NCBI GenBank assembly: GCA_025454475.1
Contig: JALOOJ010000014.1
Location: forward strand, 179 to 64,178
Origin: Anaerolineae bacterium
GTDB lineage: Bacteria > Chloroflexota > Anaerolineae > B4-G1 > SLSP01
Reading direction: 5' to 3'
Length of the DNA: 64,000 nt
Positions 39,794-48,735 of this stretch are shown one piece after another (positions within the stretch are counted from its first letter, which is position 1; each line of letters starts with the position of its first letter). The notes beneath the pieces are model-generated. The model was given only the letters and a program-made list of their open reading frames with translations, did no database searches and was not told the origin of the DNA. Made by a program: the position numbers and the translations under genes.

Positions 39794-41680
39794 TCAGTCG
39801 GCCGGGGCGTTCTGTGCCTCTTCTTCCATCTCCGTCAGGATATCGGCCAAGCTTTCTATGGCGATCCGCTGTTTGCGGTAGAGGTCGCTCTCGCTGACGG
39901 CCAACCGCATCGCAACCTGTCGCACCCTGTGCCCGCGCAGGAACTTCATTTCCAGGATATTGTACAATAGCCATTCGGGGGCTGTCAACTTCAGCTCGCC
40001 GTCAGGGCGCAATCGCTCAATCGCATTGGCCAGAACCGCCCGCAGGCCTTTCACGGCGTCGCCTTCATAGTCCGAGGCCGCCTGGCGCACCACCTGGAGT
40101 TCGAGGAGTGGGTTGGCCGTCAGACGTGGCCCGCCCCAGTAGTGTGCTAAAGCGTCGTGTACATACTGGGGCAACTCGGGCGACTGTGCCACAGAGAATC
40201 CGACGACGGACTCCCCGCTGTAGCGCATCATCCCACCACGCATTTGAATGTCTCTCAGCTCGGGGAGCAATGGGGCAAACGCTGCGAAGACGATCTGCTG
40301 CAGTCGCCGATCAGCCAAAGCCGCAGATGCCTGCAAGAGCAGCTGGTCAAGACGGTGCTGTTGTTCGGATGTGAGTGGAGTCTCCACGGCTGGGGACCTC
40401 AGCCCGATGAAACCCAGCAAATCGCTGCCCGCCTTGTCGCGCAAGGGGATCACCCAATACCCGTCCCAGCGGATGAAGGCCTCGCCCGACGGATCGGTGT
40501 CGTGTGCTTGTGTGACCTGCGCGAGTTGCAGTGTCGCGATCTCGGCATCGGACATCGACAGGTCACACCAGATATCCCAGCGGAGTTGTCCCTGATCAAG
40601 AATCGCCAGGAAGCCCCCGTTGCTGCGCATGAGCTCGCATACGGCGGCCAGGACGTTTTCCAGGAACTGCTTGAGATCCGCCGTGGTGAGCAGACGTTGG
40701 CTCAGTTCTTGCGCTTGTGTGACCTCACGAGCTCCCTCGCGGTAGAGCATCAGGTCGATCACCGGCTTGAGCAGTTCAACGGCCAACTGCGCCAAGATGA
40801 CGGCAACAGCAAGCGCGACAAGCGAAAGCGTGTACTGCCCCAGACCTAGCAGCGGCTCCAGGGTCAGTCCGACTCCGAATGCGATCAGCGCCACAATCGC
40901 CGTGACAGGGCCGCGTAGGAGGAAGCGCACCATGCGGTGTTTGATGACCCGATCGGGCATCAACGTCCCGAAGAACGCCACGCTGTATGCCACAAGGGCC
41001 AGCATCGCCGCTACCGCGAGGTTACCGGCGATTAGCAAAATCTGCAGAACGCCACTGGAGAGACCTGCGGGCCATCCAGCAAGCAGCAAGTATGGGAAGA
41101 CGCCCATCGCCGGGGCCGCGAAGCCGATGGACAGGTAAGCCATGCGTCTGCGTGCCGTGTGGGTATAGCAGCGTTTCCGGGCAAGGAGAGTCTCACGCAG
41201 TCCCCACAGGGCCACGATGGCGAACAGAAGTGCAAAGGGATAGAAGAGCGGACCCGGTCTGAGGTGGAAAGTGCGGGCCGCCGTAGGGTTGCTTTGCACC
41301 ACCAGATTCGTGGTGAGGGCCAAGATGCTGATGAGGCCACTCAGTACGACGCTTACGGGACGCAACCAGCCGAAGCTGTGATCTCTGACAACCGATAACC
41401 TGATGGCACGAACGAACTCAAGGTAGAGCGACGGTGTGAACGCAATTCCGATCCACTGCAGGCGAAGAAGGCGCTCTGCGTACTCGGGCCCGGCGATATT
41501 CCGCAGCAGCAGATCAGTCAGGTAGGCAACGATAACGCATCCCAGAAGGCCGACGAAGGTACGGGCGACCTGACTGGTCCGGTTGTAGACAAGCAGGTAG
41601 AGCGCGAGCGCCAGTGCGGTCGCGCCGACGCCCGCTGTGAGCACGTCGCTGGCGCGTTCGAGAAAGTGTACCCAATCCAT
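39794..41680 (-). CDS. membrane-bound putative regulator: N-terminal 7TM, GAF-like domain, C-terminal sigma-70 region-4-like HTH
   Basis: About 7 TM helices in the first ~330 aa. GAF-like core (GGFLAILDQGQLRWDIW...LLGFIGLR). C-terminal LYNILEMKFLRGHRVRQVAMRLAVSESDLYRKQRIAIESL resembles sigma70_r4/LuxR-type HTH. Confidence 0.55.
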   Translation of the reverse strand: MDWVHFLERASDVLTAGVGATALALALYLLVYNRTSQVARTFVGLLGCVIVAYLTDLLLRNIAGPEYAERLLRLQWIGIAFTPSLYLEFVRAIRLSVVRDHSFGWLRPVSVVLSGLISILALTTNLVVQSNPTAARTFHLRPGPLFYPFALLFAIVALWGLRETLLARKRCYTHTARRRMAYLSIGFAAPAMGVFPYLLLAGWPAGLSSGVLQILLIAGNLAVAAMLALVAYSVAFFGTLMPDRVIKHRMVRFLLRGPVTAIVALIAFGVGLTLEPLLGLGQYTLSLVALAVAVILAQLAVELLKPVIDLMLYREGAREVTQAQELSQRLLTTADLKQFLENVLAAVCELMRSNGGFLAILDQGQLRWDIWCDLSMSDAEIATLQLAQVTQAHDTDPSGEAFIRWDGYWVIPLRDKAGSDLLGFIGLRSPAVETPLTSEQQHRLDQLLLQASAALADRRLQQIVFAAFAPLLPELRDIQMRGGMMRYSGESVVGFSVAQSPELPQYVHDALAHYWGGPRLTANPLLELQVVRQAASDYEGDAVKGLRAVLANAIERLRPDGELKLTAPEWLLYNILEMKFLRGHRVRQVAMRLAVSESDLYRKQRIAIESLADILTEMEEEAQNAPAD

Positions 41681-41701
41681 AGTTGCGAGAGTCCGCGCGA
41701 T

Positions 41702-42232
41702 CTAACGGATTCGCTGGCGGAAGAAGAGTGCGACTTCCTGGCCCGGCCAGTAAGCATCCTGGAAGCCGCAGAAAACGAAGCGTTGCTTCAGTGCGAAGGC
41801 GATTGCAGGATAGGCTTTCAGTGAGGAGACCAAAACGAGTTGGTTGACGTGCTGCCTGAGACACCATTCCGTGGCACGGGCCAAAAGGGCGGTCGCCATA
41901 CCGTGACGCCGCTCCTCAGGTGCGACCACCAGATCGGTGATCTGGGCTTGTCGCCGGGCCTGGTCGACGTCCAATCCCAGGTAACCGCTGATCTTGCGGT
42001 GCTCTATCGCGACCCAGAACGCGTCACGACGTTGCCACGCCTTGAGCGAGCTTTCATCGGGAGGAGGGGGCTGGATACGCAGCGTGCGGGGAAGATGGAT
42101 CTCACGGAACGACATCCGCCACTCGCCGCCCTCCTGGCGGGTGTCCATCTGCCAGGAGGCATCGGTCTCGTAGGACAGGTCGATGCCGAGACAAGATTCC
42201 CAATCGTCGTCACGGGCAATGCGGACAAGCAC
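41702..42232 (-). CDS. GNAT-family N-acetyltransferase
   Basis: Acetyl-CoA binding motif VVAPEERRHGMATALL. Confidence 0.7.
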   Translation of the reverse strand: MLVRIARDDDWESCLGIDLSYETDASWQMDTRQEGGEWRMSFREIHLPRTLRIQPPPPDESSLKAWQRRDAFWVAIEHRKISGYLGLDVDQARRQAQITDLVVAPEERRHGMATALLARATEWCLRQHVNQLVLVSSLKAYPAIAFALKQRFVFCGFQDAYWPGQEVALFFRQRIR

Positions 42233-42242
42233 AGTACCCTCC

Positions 42243-43034
42243 TTATTCCTCTGCAGCCACGATATTCACCGGGATGACACACGCGGTGGTGTTCCCATAG
42301 ATATCCACCACCACGAGTCGGAAGCGGTAGGGCCCACCAGGTGGGTACCGCGTCGGGTCCGAGATATCCCAGAAGCCCAAGGAACCATTGTCCACGGATG
42401 TGTCGATTTGAGCAACGAAGTTCGGCGTCTCCGATCCCGGGAAGATGACCTCAAAGCGGTAGAATGAGAACGCATTCACGCTTGCTGTGCCGAGGACTTC
42501 GACCACACCCGAGAGATCGCTTCCCGCTGCGGGGAACGTTAACTGAGCGCCGGGACTGGGGCAGTCAGGCTGCAGTGCGGCTTGAGGGACTGCGGTGGAG
42601 AGCGGCAACGGCGTCGGTTCGCCGGCACTCTCTGGGGCAGAGATGATTACGCCCGTCGCAACGGGTCCGCCCGTCGCAACGGGTTGGGTCACCGTGCCCG
42701 AGGCGCTCAGGGGTGGATTCGGCAAGGTGGATCCCGGGGTCAAGGTGAACAGCCCGCTGCTGGGAGTGGGCGAAGCCGTCAGGTCATCTGAAGTCGTCGG
42801 CGCCCAATACATTCGGATGGTGAACACGGTCGCCGCGAGCATAAGAAACAGCAATGTGACGAATCCTGCACGCGCCATACGTTGCTGGTAGACCTCACGT
42901 TCCAAGCTGAACTGCGCCGTGTCTCGTCTGCGCTTCGCGACGATGGCCGAGACCGAATACCCTATGGCGCCGAACAGGCAGATCACGCCGATCCAGATGA
43001 CCTGTCGGCTGAGCCAACTGAGAATAACGCTCAT
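42243..43034 (-). CDS. hypothetical membrane-anchored protein with Pro/Thr/Ser-rich linker and C-terminal beta domain
   Basis: Two N-terminal TM helices, low-complexity PT-rich linker, C-terminal domain with FYRFEV / YRFRLVVVD motifs. Confidence 0.45.
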   Translation of the reverse strand: MSVILSWLSRQVIWIGVICLFGAIGYSVSAIVAKRRRDTAQFSLEREVYQQRMARAGFVTLLFLMLAATVFTIRMYWAPTTSDDLTASPTPSSGLFTLTPGSTLPNPPLSASGTVTQPVATGGPVATGVIISAPESAGEPTPLPLSTAVPQAALQPDCPSPGAQLTFPAAGSDLSGVVEVLGTASVNAFSFYRFEVIFPGSETPNFVAQIDTSVDNGSLGFWDISDPTRYPPGGPYRFRLVVVDIYGNTTACVIPVNIVAAEE

Positions 43035-43888
43035 AGCTCGCTGAGGATGCCCCGCACAAGCAACTCGAGCCGCGGTACCAGGGCAGCGCCGGCCTCGAGT
43101 ACCTCTTCATGGTTGGGTGGTTGGGCCCCCTCTGCTCTCAGGGGCACAGGTTCGCCAACGAGGATGTTGGTGATCCCGGAGAGCCCCAAGACCCGGATTC
43201 CACTATGGCGTGCTGTGATAACTTCCGGCACCGTGGACATCCCCACAGCATCTGCCCCGATGACGCGCAGGAACCTCACATCCGCTGGCGACTCGAAATT
43301 CGGCCCCGCGAGGCAGATATACACGCCTTGTTGGAACGGAATTCCCTCATCCAGCGCGATCTTCCGCGCCAACTCCCGGAGCGCTGGGTCATAGGCGTCA
43401 TTCATGCTGGGGAAACGCGGGCCGAACTGGTCAAGGTTAGGCCCGCGGAGTGGCGTGAGTCCCGCCATCCCGACCAGGTTGATATGGTCACGGATGATCA
43501 TGATTTCACCGGGACGATAGGCCATATTGACGCCACCTGCGGCGTTGGTGACGATGAGGACTTGGATGCCGAGCAAAGCCATAACCCGGATAGGGAACCC
43601 GATCTGCCCCATGCTGTACCCTTCGTAGTAGTGGCTTCTGCCTTGCATTACGACGACTGGCTGTCTCTCCAGCATTCCCACAACCAACCGGCCAGAGTGT
43701 CCCTGTACCGTGGACACGGGGAAGTGCGGGATCTGCCCGAAATCAACGCGGACCGGCATCTCGACTGCATCAGCCAGGGGGCTGAGTCCCGATCCAAGGA
43801 TGAGCCCCACACGAGGGGTCAGGTCCGCGAGCTGTTTGATGGCTGCAGTGGCTTCCTCAAGCATCGCCATTGTGATCAGTGGATCCAT
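43031..43888 (-). CDS. punA: purine nucleoside phosphorylase (PNP-I/PunA; MTAP-related)
   Basis: PNP/MTAP family motifs (LGSGLS, GHSGRLV, VTNAAGGV, STVPEVI). Confidence 0.85.
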   Translation of the reverse strand: MDPLITMAMLEEATAAIKQLADLTPRVGLILGSGLSPLADAVEMPVRVDFGQIPHFPVSTVQGHSGRLVVGMLERQPVVVMQGRSHYYEGYSMGQIGFPIRVMALLGIQVLIVTNAAGGVNMAYRPGEIMIIRDHINLVGMAGLTPLRGPNLDQFGPRFPSMNDAYDPALRELARKIALDEGIPFQQGVYICLAGPNFESPADVRFLRVIGADAVGMSTVPEVITARHSGIRVLGLSGITNILVGEPVPLRAEGAQPPNHEEVLEAGAALVPRLELLVRGILSEL

Positions 43889-43890
43889 AG

Positions 43891-44952
43891 CTACCCTCCA
43901 TCCTTTGCTTCGAAGTGAGCCCGCGGATGTGCTCGATTGTAGGCCTCACGCTTGCGACGGCTAGAGACGTCGGTATAGATCTGGGTTGTCGTAACACTGG
44001 CGTGGCCCAGCAGTTGCTGCACCTCCCGCAGTTCCGCGCCCCCCTCAAGCAGGTGGGTCGCGAACGTGTGCCGTAAGGTGTGGGGCGAAACCCACGCGGG
44101 CAGGCCGGCAGCCTCTGCATAGCGCTGCACGATGAGCCAGAGGCCCTGGCGTGTCAAGCCTTCTCCGGTGCTATTCAGGAATAACGGCAGGTCCGCCAGA
44201 GATTTGCCGTCAGAACGGTTGCCGTCAGACCGTGCCGGATCGTCGAGTCGGTCGGCTCGATAGCCCGTACGCAGCAGCAGGGGACGCCCCACCTGCACGT
44301 ATCGCGCGACGCTCTCCAAAGCCCGCGGATACAGCGGGATGATCCGCTCCTTGCTGCCTTTCCCGAAACAACGTACGGTGCCCGCCTCGCAGTCTACATC
44401 GTGGGGTCGGAGCTGGATGATCTCTGAGGCCCGCATCCCTGCCGCATAGAGCAGCTCAATGAGGGCCCTGTCGCGTAGCTTCGTCGGGCCGTCGTCCGTC
44501 GGAACGGGTCCGCCCGTCAGGATGGGCCGCTCAGGAGTGGTGTCGTCCGTTGGAACGAGTTGCTCAGCTGCAGGGGCAGGGCTGCTCGTCGCACGCAACA
44601 GCCGGTCGATCTGATCTTGGGTCAGCACTTTCGGGAGGCGTTTCTCGGTCTTCGGCTGGTGCAGCCAATCCAGGTATTCAGGGCCGATATCACCCTCGGC
44701 GTAGAGGAACCTAAGGAAGGCACGTGTCGCCGCGATTTTCCGCGCGACTGTCGCGCTGCTGTACCCTTCACGCTGCAGGGCAGCGATGAAGCCATCCAGC
44801 TCTTCCGGAGTCAGGTCCTCCAGCGGGGCATTGAGGTCATCGACAAAGCCCTGAAACTGCTGGAGATCGTGCTCGTATGCGGCCAAAGTGTTGGGCGAAT
44901 ACCCACGCTCGAACCTAAGGTAGTGCAGAAAGCGGCGTCGTTGGGCTTCCAT
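43891..44952 (-). CDS. xerC: tyrosine recombinase XerC/XerD-type
   Basis: N-terminal SAM-like domain (FLHYLRFERGYSPNTLAAYEHDL), catalytic R..HxxR..Y (LRHTFATHLL, TQIYTDV), with low-complexity insertions. Confidence 0.85.
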   Translation of the reverse strand: MEAQRRRFLHYLRFERGYSPNTLAAYEHDLQQFQGFVDDLNAPLEDLTPEELDGFIAALQREGYSSATVARKIAATRAFLRFLYAEGDIGPEYLDWLHQPKTEKRLPKVLTQDQIDRLLRATSSPAPAAEQLVPTDDTTPERPILTGGPVPTDDGPTKLRDRALIELLYAAGMRASEIIQLRPHDVDCEAGTVRCFGKGSKERIIPLYPRALESVARYVQVGRPLLLRTGYRADRLDDPARSDGNRSDGKSLADLPLFLNSTGEGLTRQGLWLIVQRYAEAAGLPAWVSPHTLRHTFATHLLEGGAELREVQQLLGHASVTTTQIYTDVSSRRKREAYNRAHPRAHFEAKDGG

Positions 44953-46229
44953 CAGGGCCTCAAGGTGCGGTGCGTTCTACTTGCGTGTGCGTCGCCTGCT
45001 ATAGCTTGCGATCGTGGGGCTGCCAGAGACCATACTCCCCGCGCGATTTGCTCGGTCGCGAGGGGCCGGGCAAGGGCTCTTGACCTAGCGGCCATCGCGT
45101 GCCGTTCCTCTGGGTGTTCGACGAGGTGTACAACGGCGCGCGCGGCCTGTCGTGGGAATGGTGCCCAGAGCCCGGCGCCATTCTGAACCACGTGGTCGAT
45201 GTTGCCCTCTTCCTGTCCAGGCAGGGCGGCGAAGAGCACCAACGGCAAGCCCGCGACAAATGCCTCCGCGAGTGTGTTGGGTCCAGCTTTGGTCACCAGA
45301 ACGTCCGCGGCTCGCATCCACGCCTCCATATTGCTCACGAACCCCTCAATCTGGACTGTTGCTCTGAAGGGTACAGGTGCGGGCAATTCCAGACGAGCGA
45401 GTTCCTGCTGGAGCGCACGATTGCGGCCGGTGACGACAACCACGTGCATAGAAGCGCTCTGTCGCGCCAACGCACGAACGACGTGTCCCAACGGCCCCAT
45501 ACCATCGCCCCCGCCCACAACCAGCACGACGGGGCGATCCTGCGGTAGGCCGAGTTGGGCGCGGGCTTCGGACTGCGACAAGTCGATCGCCTCGACGAAA
45601 GCACGCCGCGCGGGCATTCCTGTCACATGGATGTGGTCCGGCGCGATGCCCCAGCGCTTGGCGCGCGCCTCGGCAGCCAGGGTGGGCACAAAGTACAGAT
45701 CTGCGCCTGGCACAAACCAGGCGGCGTGTGTGGTGACGAGATCGACTGCGACGATCGCAAAGGGGACCTGCAGCCCCATATGTCGCAAGCTCATCGATAA
45801 TGCATAGTTTGGAACGGGGTGAAAGGAGACGATGACGTCGGCTGGGTGTCGATGTAACAAGCTGCACAGGGCGCTGCGCGTGTACGGCCAGACGATTCTG
45901 GACATCGTCTTGACTAATCTGGCGCCATCGGATAGGTGGAAGCCAACACCCCAGGGGATCCCGTTCAGGCCGACGCATGTCGGATACCATTCGGGGAAGC
46001 GGTCAAAGGGCCACTGGCCCAGCGCAGCGAAGACGTCCAGGAGTTCCACGGTCGCAGCTGCGCCATAGAGCCGTTCCATCTCGCCCTTCACTGCCTGGGC
46101 CGAGGCGCGGTGGCCCCCGCCTGTGTCGGAGAAGAGAAAGACAAAGCGCTTTGGGGCCAAAGGATGTCCGATGCCAGCTGCAGCTTCGCGCAGGGTGTCA
46201 GTCCCCAACGTGAGCGGATGCTTTGTCAT
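44952..46229 (-). CDS. GT28-family glycosyltransferase (MGDG synthase / processive diacylglycerol glycosyltransferase UgtP-like)
   Basis: N-terminal [17 protein letters not shown] motif and C-terminal GT-B domain (VLVVGGGDG...TKAGPNT). Confidence 0.75.
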   Translation of the reverse strand: MTKHPLTLGTDTLREAAAGIGHPLAPKRFVFLFSDTGGGHRASAQAVKGEMERLYGAAATVELLDVFAALGQWPFDRFPEWYPTCVGLNGIPWGVGFHLSDGARLVKTMSRIVWPYTRSALCSLLHRHPADVIVSFHPVPNYALSMSLRHMGLQVPFAIVAVDLVTTHAAWFVPGADLYFVPTLAAEARAKRWGIAPDHIHVTGMPARRAFVEAIDLSQSEARAQLGLPQDRPVVLVVGGGDGMGPLGHVVRALARQSASMHVVVVTGRNRALQQELARLELPAPVPFRATVQIEGFVSNMEAWMRAADVLVTKAGPNTLAEAFVAGLPLVLFAALPGQEEGNIDHVVQNGAGLWAPFPRQAARAVVHLVEHPEERHAMAARSRALARPLATEQIARGVWSLAAPRSQAIAGDAHASRTHRTLRP

Positions 46230-46438
46230 AGTGCGACCACTTCTGGGCCCCGCTCTACAAATCGTTTGATGTCGTGCTCAAAGCGCCGTCGGGGAATCAG
46301 GACATAGCGCCGGCATGTGAGACACTCTGCCCCGATGTCCAACCCGACGCGCAGGACCCGCCATAGCCTGCCGCCACAGGGATGGGTCTTTCGCAGCTCG
46401 ACGACATCGCCGATGGTCAACGCTATTGGCTCAGCCAT
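46226..46438 (-). CDS. DUF951-family small protein
   Basis: 70 aa; [15 protein letters not shown]...ECLTCRR pattern typical of DUF951. Confidence 0.6.
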   Translation of the reverse strand: MAEPIALTIGDVVELRKTHPCGGRLWRVLRVGLDIGAECLTCRRYVLIPRRRFEHDIKRFVERGPEVVAL

Positions 46439-46585
46439 AATCCATCCTGCGCTTGGAGCCTAGCGCTAGGGCGGCGTAGCGTCGTAGGGAAGTCGCTGAG
46501 GCGCCGCGATACGATAATGCAGGCTCCGGCCGTCGGAACGGATGCGGCCGCGGAAATGAGCCGCTACGAAGCGGGAGGGACTGGA

Positions 46586-47218
46586 TCATGCCAGAGAGAC
46601 CTCCCGCGGGTGAACGCGCAGGTGCTCCGCCTGGATGATCTGGAGTACCTTAGCGACGGCGTCGTCGAGTTCACATTCCCGATTGATAACCACATAGTCG
46701 AACTCGACGATCCGCTCCATCTCCTGCCGCGCCGTCTCGATCCGCCGCTGCAGTTGCGCCTCCGACTCGGTCTGGCGCTTCTGCAGCCGCTCGACCAGCT
46801 CCGCTTCCGACGAAGCCGTGAGGAAGATGAGGATGGCCTCGGGAAGGAGGCGCTTGATCGTGGCAGCGCCCTGAACGTCGAGGCGCATGACGACATCCTG
46901 CCCACTGGCCAATGCTTCACGGACCTGCTGTTTCGGGATGCCTTTGTACTGCTCGTAGACGATGGCGTATTCCAGCAGTTCATCCTGTTCAACCATCGCC
47001 TCGAATGCCGCAGGTGAGACAAAGAAGTAGTCGACACCGTGAATTTCCCCCGGTCTGGGAGGGCGTGAGGTCGCAGTGATCACGAAATGGAACTGCGCGC
47101 CGTGCTCCTTCATTGCCTCCACTAGGCTATCCTTGCCAACCCCGGAGGGGCCCGAAATGACGACCAGTAGCGGCGTAATCTGTGGATGGTAGGGATCGAC
47201 TACGGTGGCGTCGCGCAT
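46586..47218 (-). CDS. gmk: guanylate kinase
   Basis: SGPSGVGKDSL P-loop, ATSRPPRPGEIHGVDYFFV, GK fold. Confidence 0.9.
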   Translation of the reverse strand: MRDATVVDPYHPQITPLLVVISGPSGVGKDSLVEAMKEHGAQFHFVITATSRPPRPGEIHGVDYFFVSPAAFEAMVEQDELLEYAIVYEQYKGIPKQQVREALASGQDVVMRLDVQGAATIKRLLPEAILIFLTASSEAELVERLQKRQTESEAQLQRRIETARQEMERIVEFDYVVINRECELDDAVAKVLQIIQAEHLRVHPREVSLA

Positions 47219-47333
47219 GCGTTTGCTCCTGGCCGTACTTCACAGTATAATGGCATCGCTCTGGCTAGATCGCACCTGGACCTGGCCGAGTTGTGTTTCA
47301 AGACTATACCACACTTGACCGAGGAGACGAAGG

Positions 47334-47777
47334 ATGCCGATCTACGAGTACCGATGCGAAGCGTGCACACGTCGATTCTCGGTGTTTTGGCGCTCCTTTT
47401 CCGACGTTGACGAAGCCAAGGTCTACTGCAAACGGTGCGGGAGCGATCAGGTACACCGATTGGTGTCGCGGGTGCGGGTCGTTAGGTCAGAAGACAGTCG
47501 CCTCGAAGATATGGCGGACCCCAGTGCATGGGGCGATCTCGACGAGAACGATCCCAAGAGTATGGGACGGTTTATGCGCAAGATGATGAGCGAGATCGGG
47601 GATGAGGCCGGAGAGCTAGGTCCGGAGTTCGAGGAGGTCGTGAACCGCCTCGAGTCCGGGCAGGACCCCGAGCAGATCGAGAGGGATATGCCGGATCTGA
47701 TGGGCGAGGGTGCGGGTGGCGCTCCGGGGATGGGCCCTGGCGCAAACGAATATAACGCGTCGGATTTCGATGATTGA
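47334..47777 (+). CDS. FmdB-family zinc-ribbon putative regulatory protein with acidic/Gly-rich tail
   Basis: MPIYEYRCEAC...CKRCGS (CxxC...CxxC). Confidence 0.7.
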   Translation: MPIYEYRCEACTRRFSVFWRSFSDVDEAKVYCKRCGSDQVHRLVSRVRVVRSEDSRLEDMADPSAWGDLDENDPKSMGRFMRKMMSEIGDEAGELGPEFEEVVNRLESGQDPEQIERDMPDLMGEGAGGAPGMGPGANEYNASDFDD

Positions 47778-48633
47778 GAGTGCCTCTGCGGTCCTGGGTA
47801 AGGGGTGCGGGGAGGTTGCATCCTTAGGCGGTAGGCTGAAAGGCCGGTGGGCGCTCATACTCGGCGCCTCGAGTGGTTTCGGTGCCGCCACCTCCCGGGC
47901 GCTGGCACGGGAGGGTATGAACGTGTTCGGCGTACATCTTGATCCGCGCCGAACAGTCGAGCGGGCTGAGTCCGTCATTGCCGACATAGAAGCTACTGGC
48001 GCTCGGGCGGTCTTCTACAATACCAACGCTGCCGATGCACGGCGACGTGCGCGTGTGGTCGAGGCGATAGGCGAGGTGCTGAGTGCGGATTCGGGTGCGG
48101 CCATCCATATGGTGGTACACACACTGGCATTCGGTAGCTTGCGCCCCTACATTGCTGACGACCCCATTGTAGCTGTGAACGAGAGCCAGATGGAGATGAC
48201 GCTGGCGGTCATGGCGCATAGCTTAGTCTATTGGACCCAAGACCTTGTTCGCGCGGGCTTGCTCCGTCGCGGTAGTCGCGTCTATGCTATGTCCAGTATC
48301 GGTTCTCGACGGGTCTCGTCTCACTATGGGCCGGTATCCGCAGCGAAGGCCGCGCTCGAGGCCCACACGCGACAGCTCGCTGTGGAACTGGCGCCTGTGG
48401 GAATCGCAGTTAACTGTTTGATGCCTGGTGTGGCCGATACACCGGCTCTGCGCGCGATTCCCGGTCACGAAGAGATCCTACAGCAGGCACACACGTACCA
48501 CCCGGCGCGTCGGTTGACTCAGCCCGAGGATGTGGCACAGACCTTGGTCGTGTTGGCGGATCCGCGCCTGACGTGGGTTTCCGGCGCCGTGATCCCGGTC
48601 GATGGTGGTGAGTCCCTTGTTGCTGCAGGCTAG
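47770..48633 (+). CDS. SDR-family oxidoreductase, enoyl-ACP reductase-like (FabI/FabL-type Y-x6-K)
   Basis: GASSGFGAATSRALA NAD(P)-binding motif; SHYGPVSAAKAALEA (Y-x6-K) as in FabI/FabL. Start ATG 47770 overlaps the FmdB stop. Confidence 0.6.
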   Translation: MIESASAVLGKGCGEVASLGGRLKGRWALILGASSGFGAATSRALAREGMNVFGVHLDPRRTVERAESVIADIEATGARAVFYNTNAADARRRARVVEAIGEVLSADSGAAIHMVVHTLAFGSLRPYIADDPIVAVNESQMEMTLAVMAHSLVYWTQDLVRAGLLRRGSRVYAMSSIGSRRVSSHYGPVSAAKAALEAHTRQLAVELAPVGIAVNCLMPGVADTPALRAIPGHEEILQQAHTYHPARRLTQPEDVAQTLVVLADPRLTWVSGAVIPVDGGESLVAAG

Positions 48634-48638
48634 CGAAG

Positions 48639-48666
48639 TTGACTTTGCGCCTGGGTATGATACAAT
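48639..48666 (+). promoter_or_regulatory. promoter for rpsA-infA (-35 TTGACT 48639-48644, 16-nt spacer, extended -10 TGaTACAAT 48658-48666), followed by a ~70-nt leader containing a small hairpin (ttgcac...gtgcaa)
   Basis: Hexamers read directly in the sequence. Confidence 0.5.
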
Positions 48667-48735
48667 ACCTGGAGTTTGTGAGCCCCATCTAAGTTGCACC
48701 GATCCTTTTTTGTGCAAAACTAGATGGAATAGGAG

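Noticed and set aside
40157-40849. 230-aa plus-strand ORF
   Set aside because: Antisense to the 7TM-GAF-HTH gene.
43891-44952. Tyrosine recombinase as a possible marker of an integrated mobile element
   Set aside because: The XerC/D-type N-terminal domain matches chromosome dimer resolvases, and there are no flanking tRNA, direct repeats, phage or transposase genes; the neighbours are housekeeping.
45346-45990. 214-aa minus-strand ORF plus a plus-strand 202-aa ORF
   Set aside because: Alternative frame or antisense within the GT28 glycosyltransferase gene; Arg-rich.
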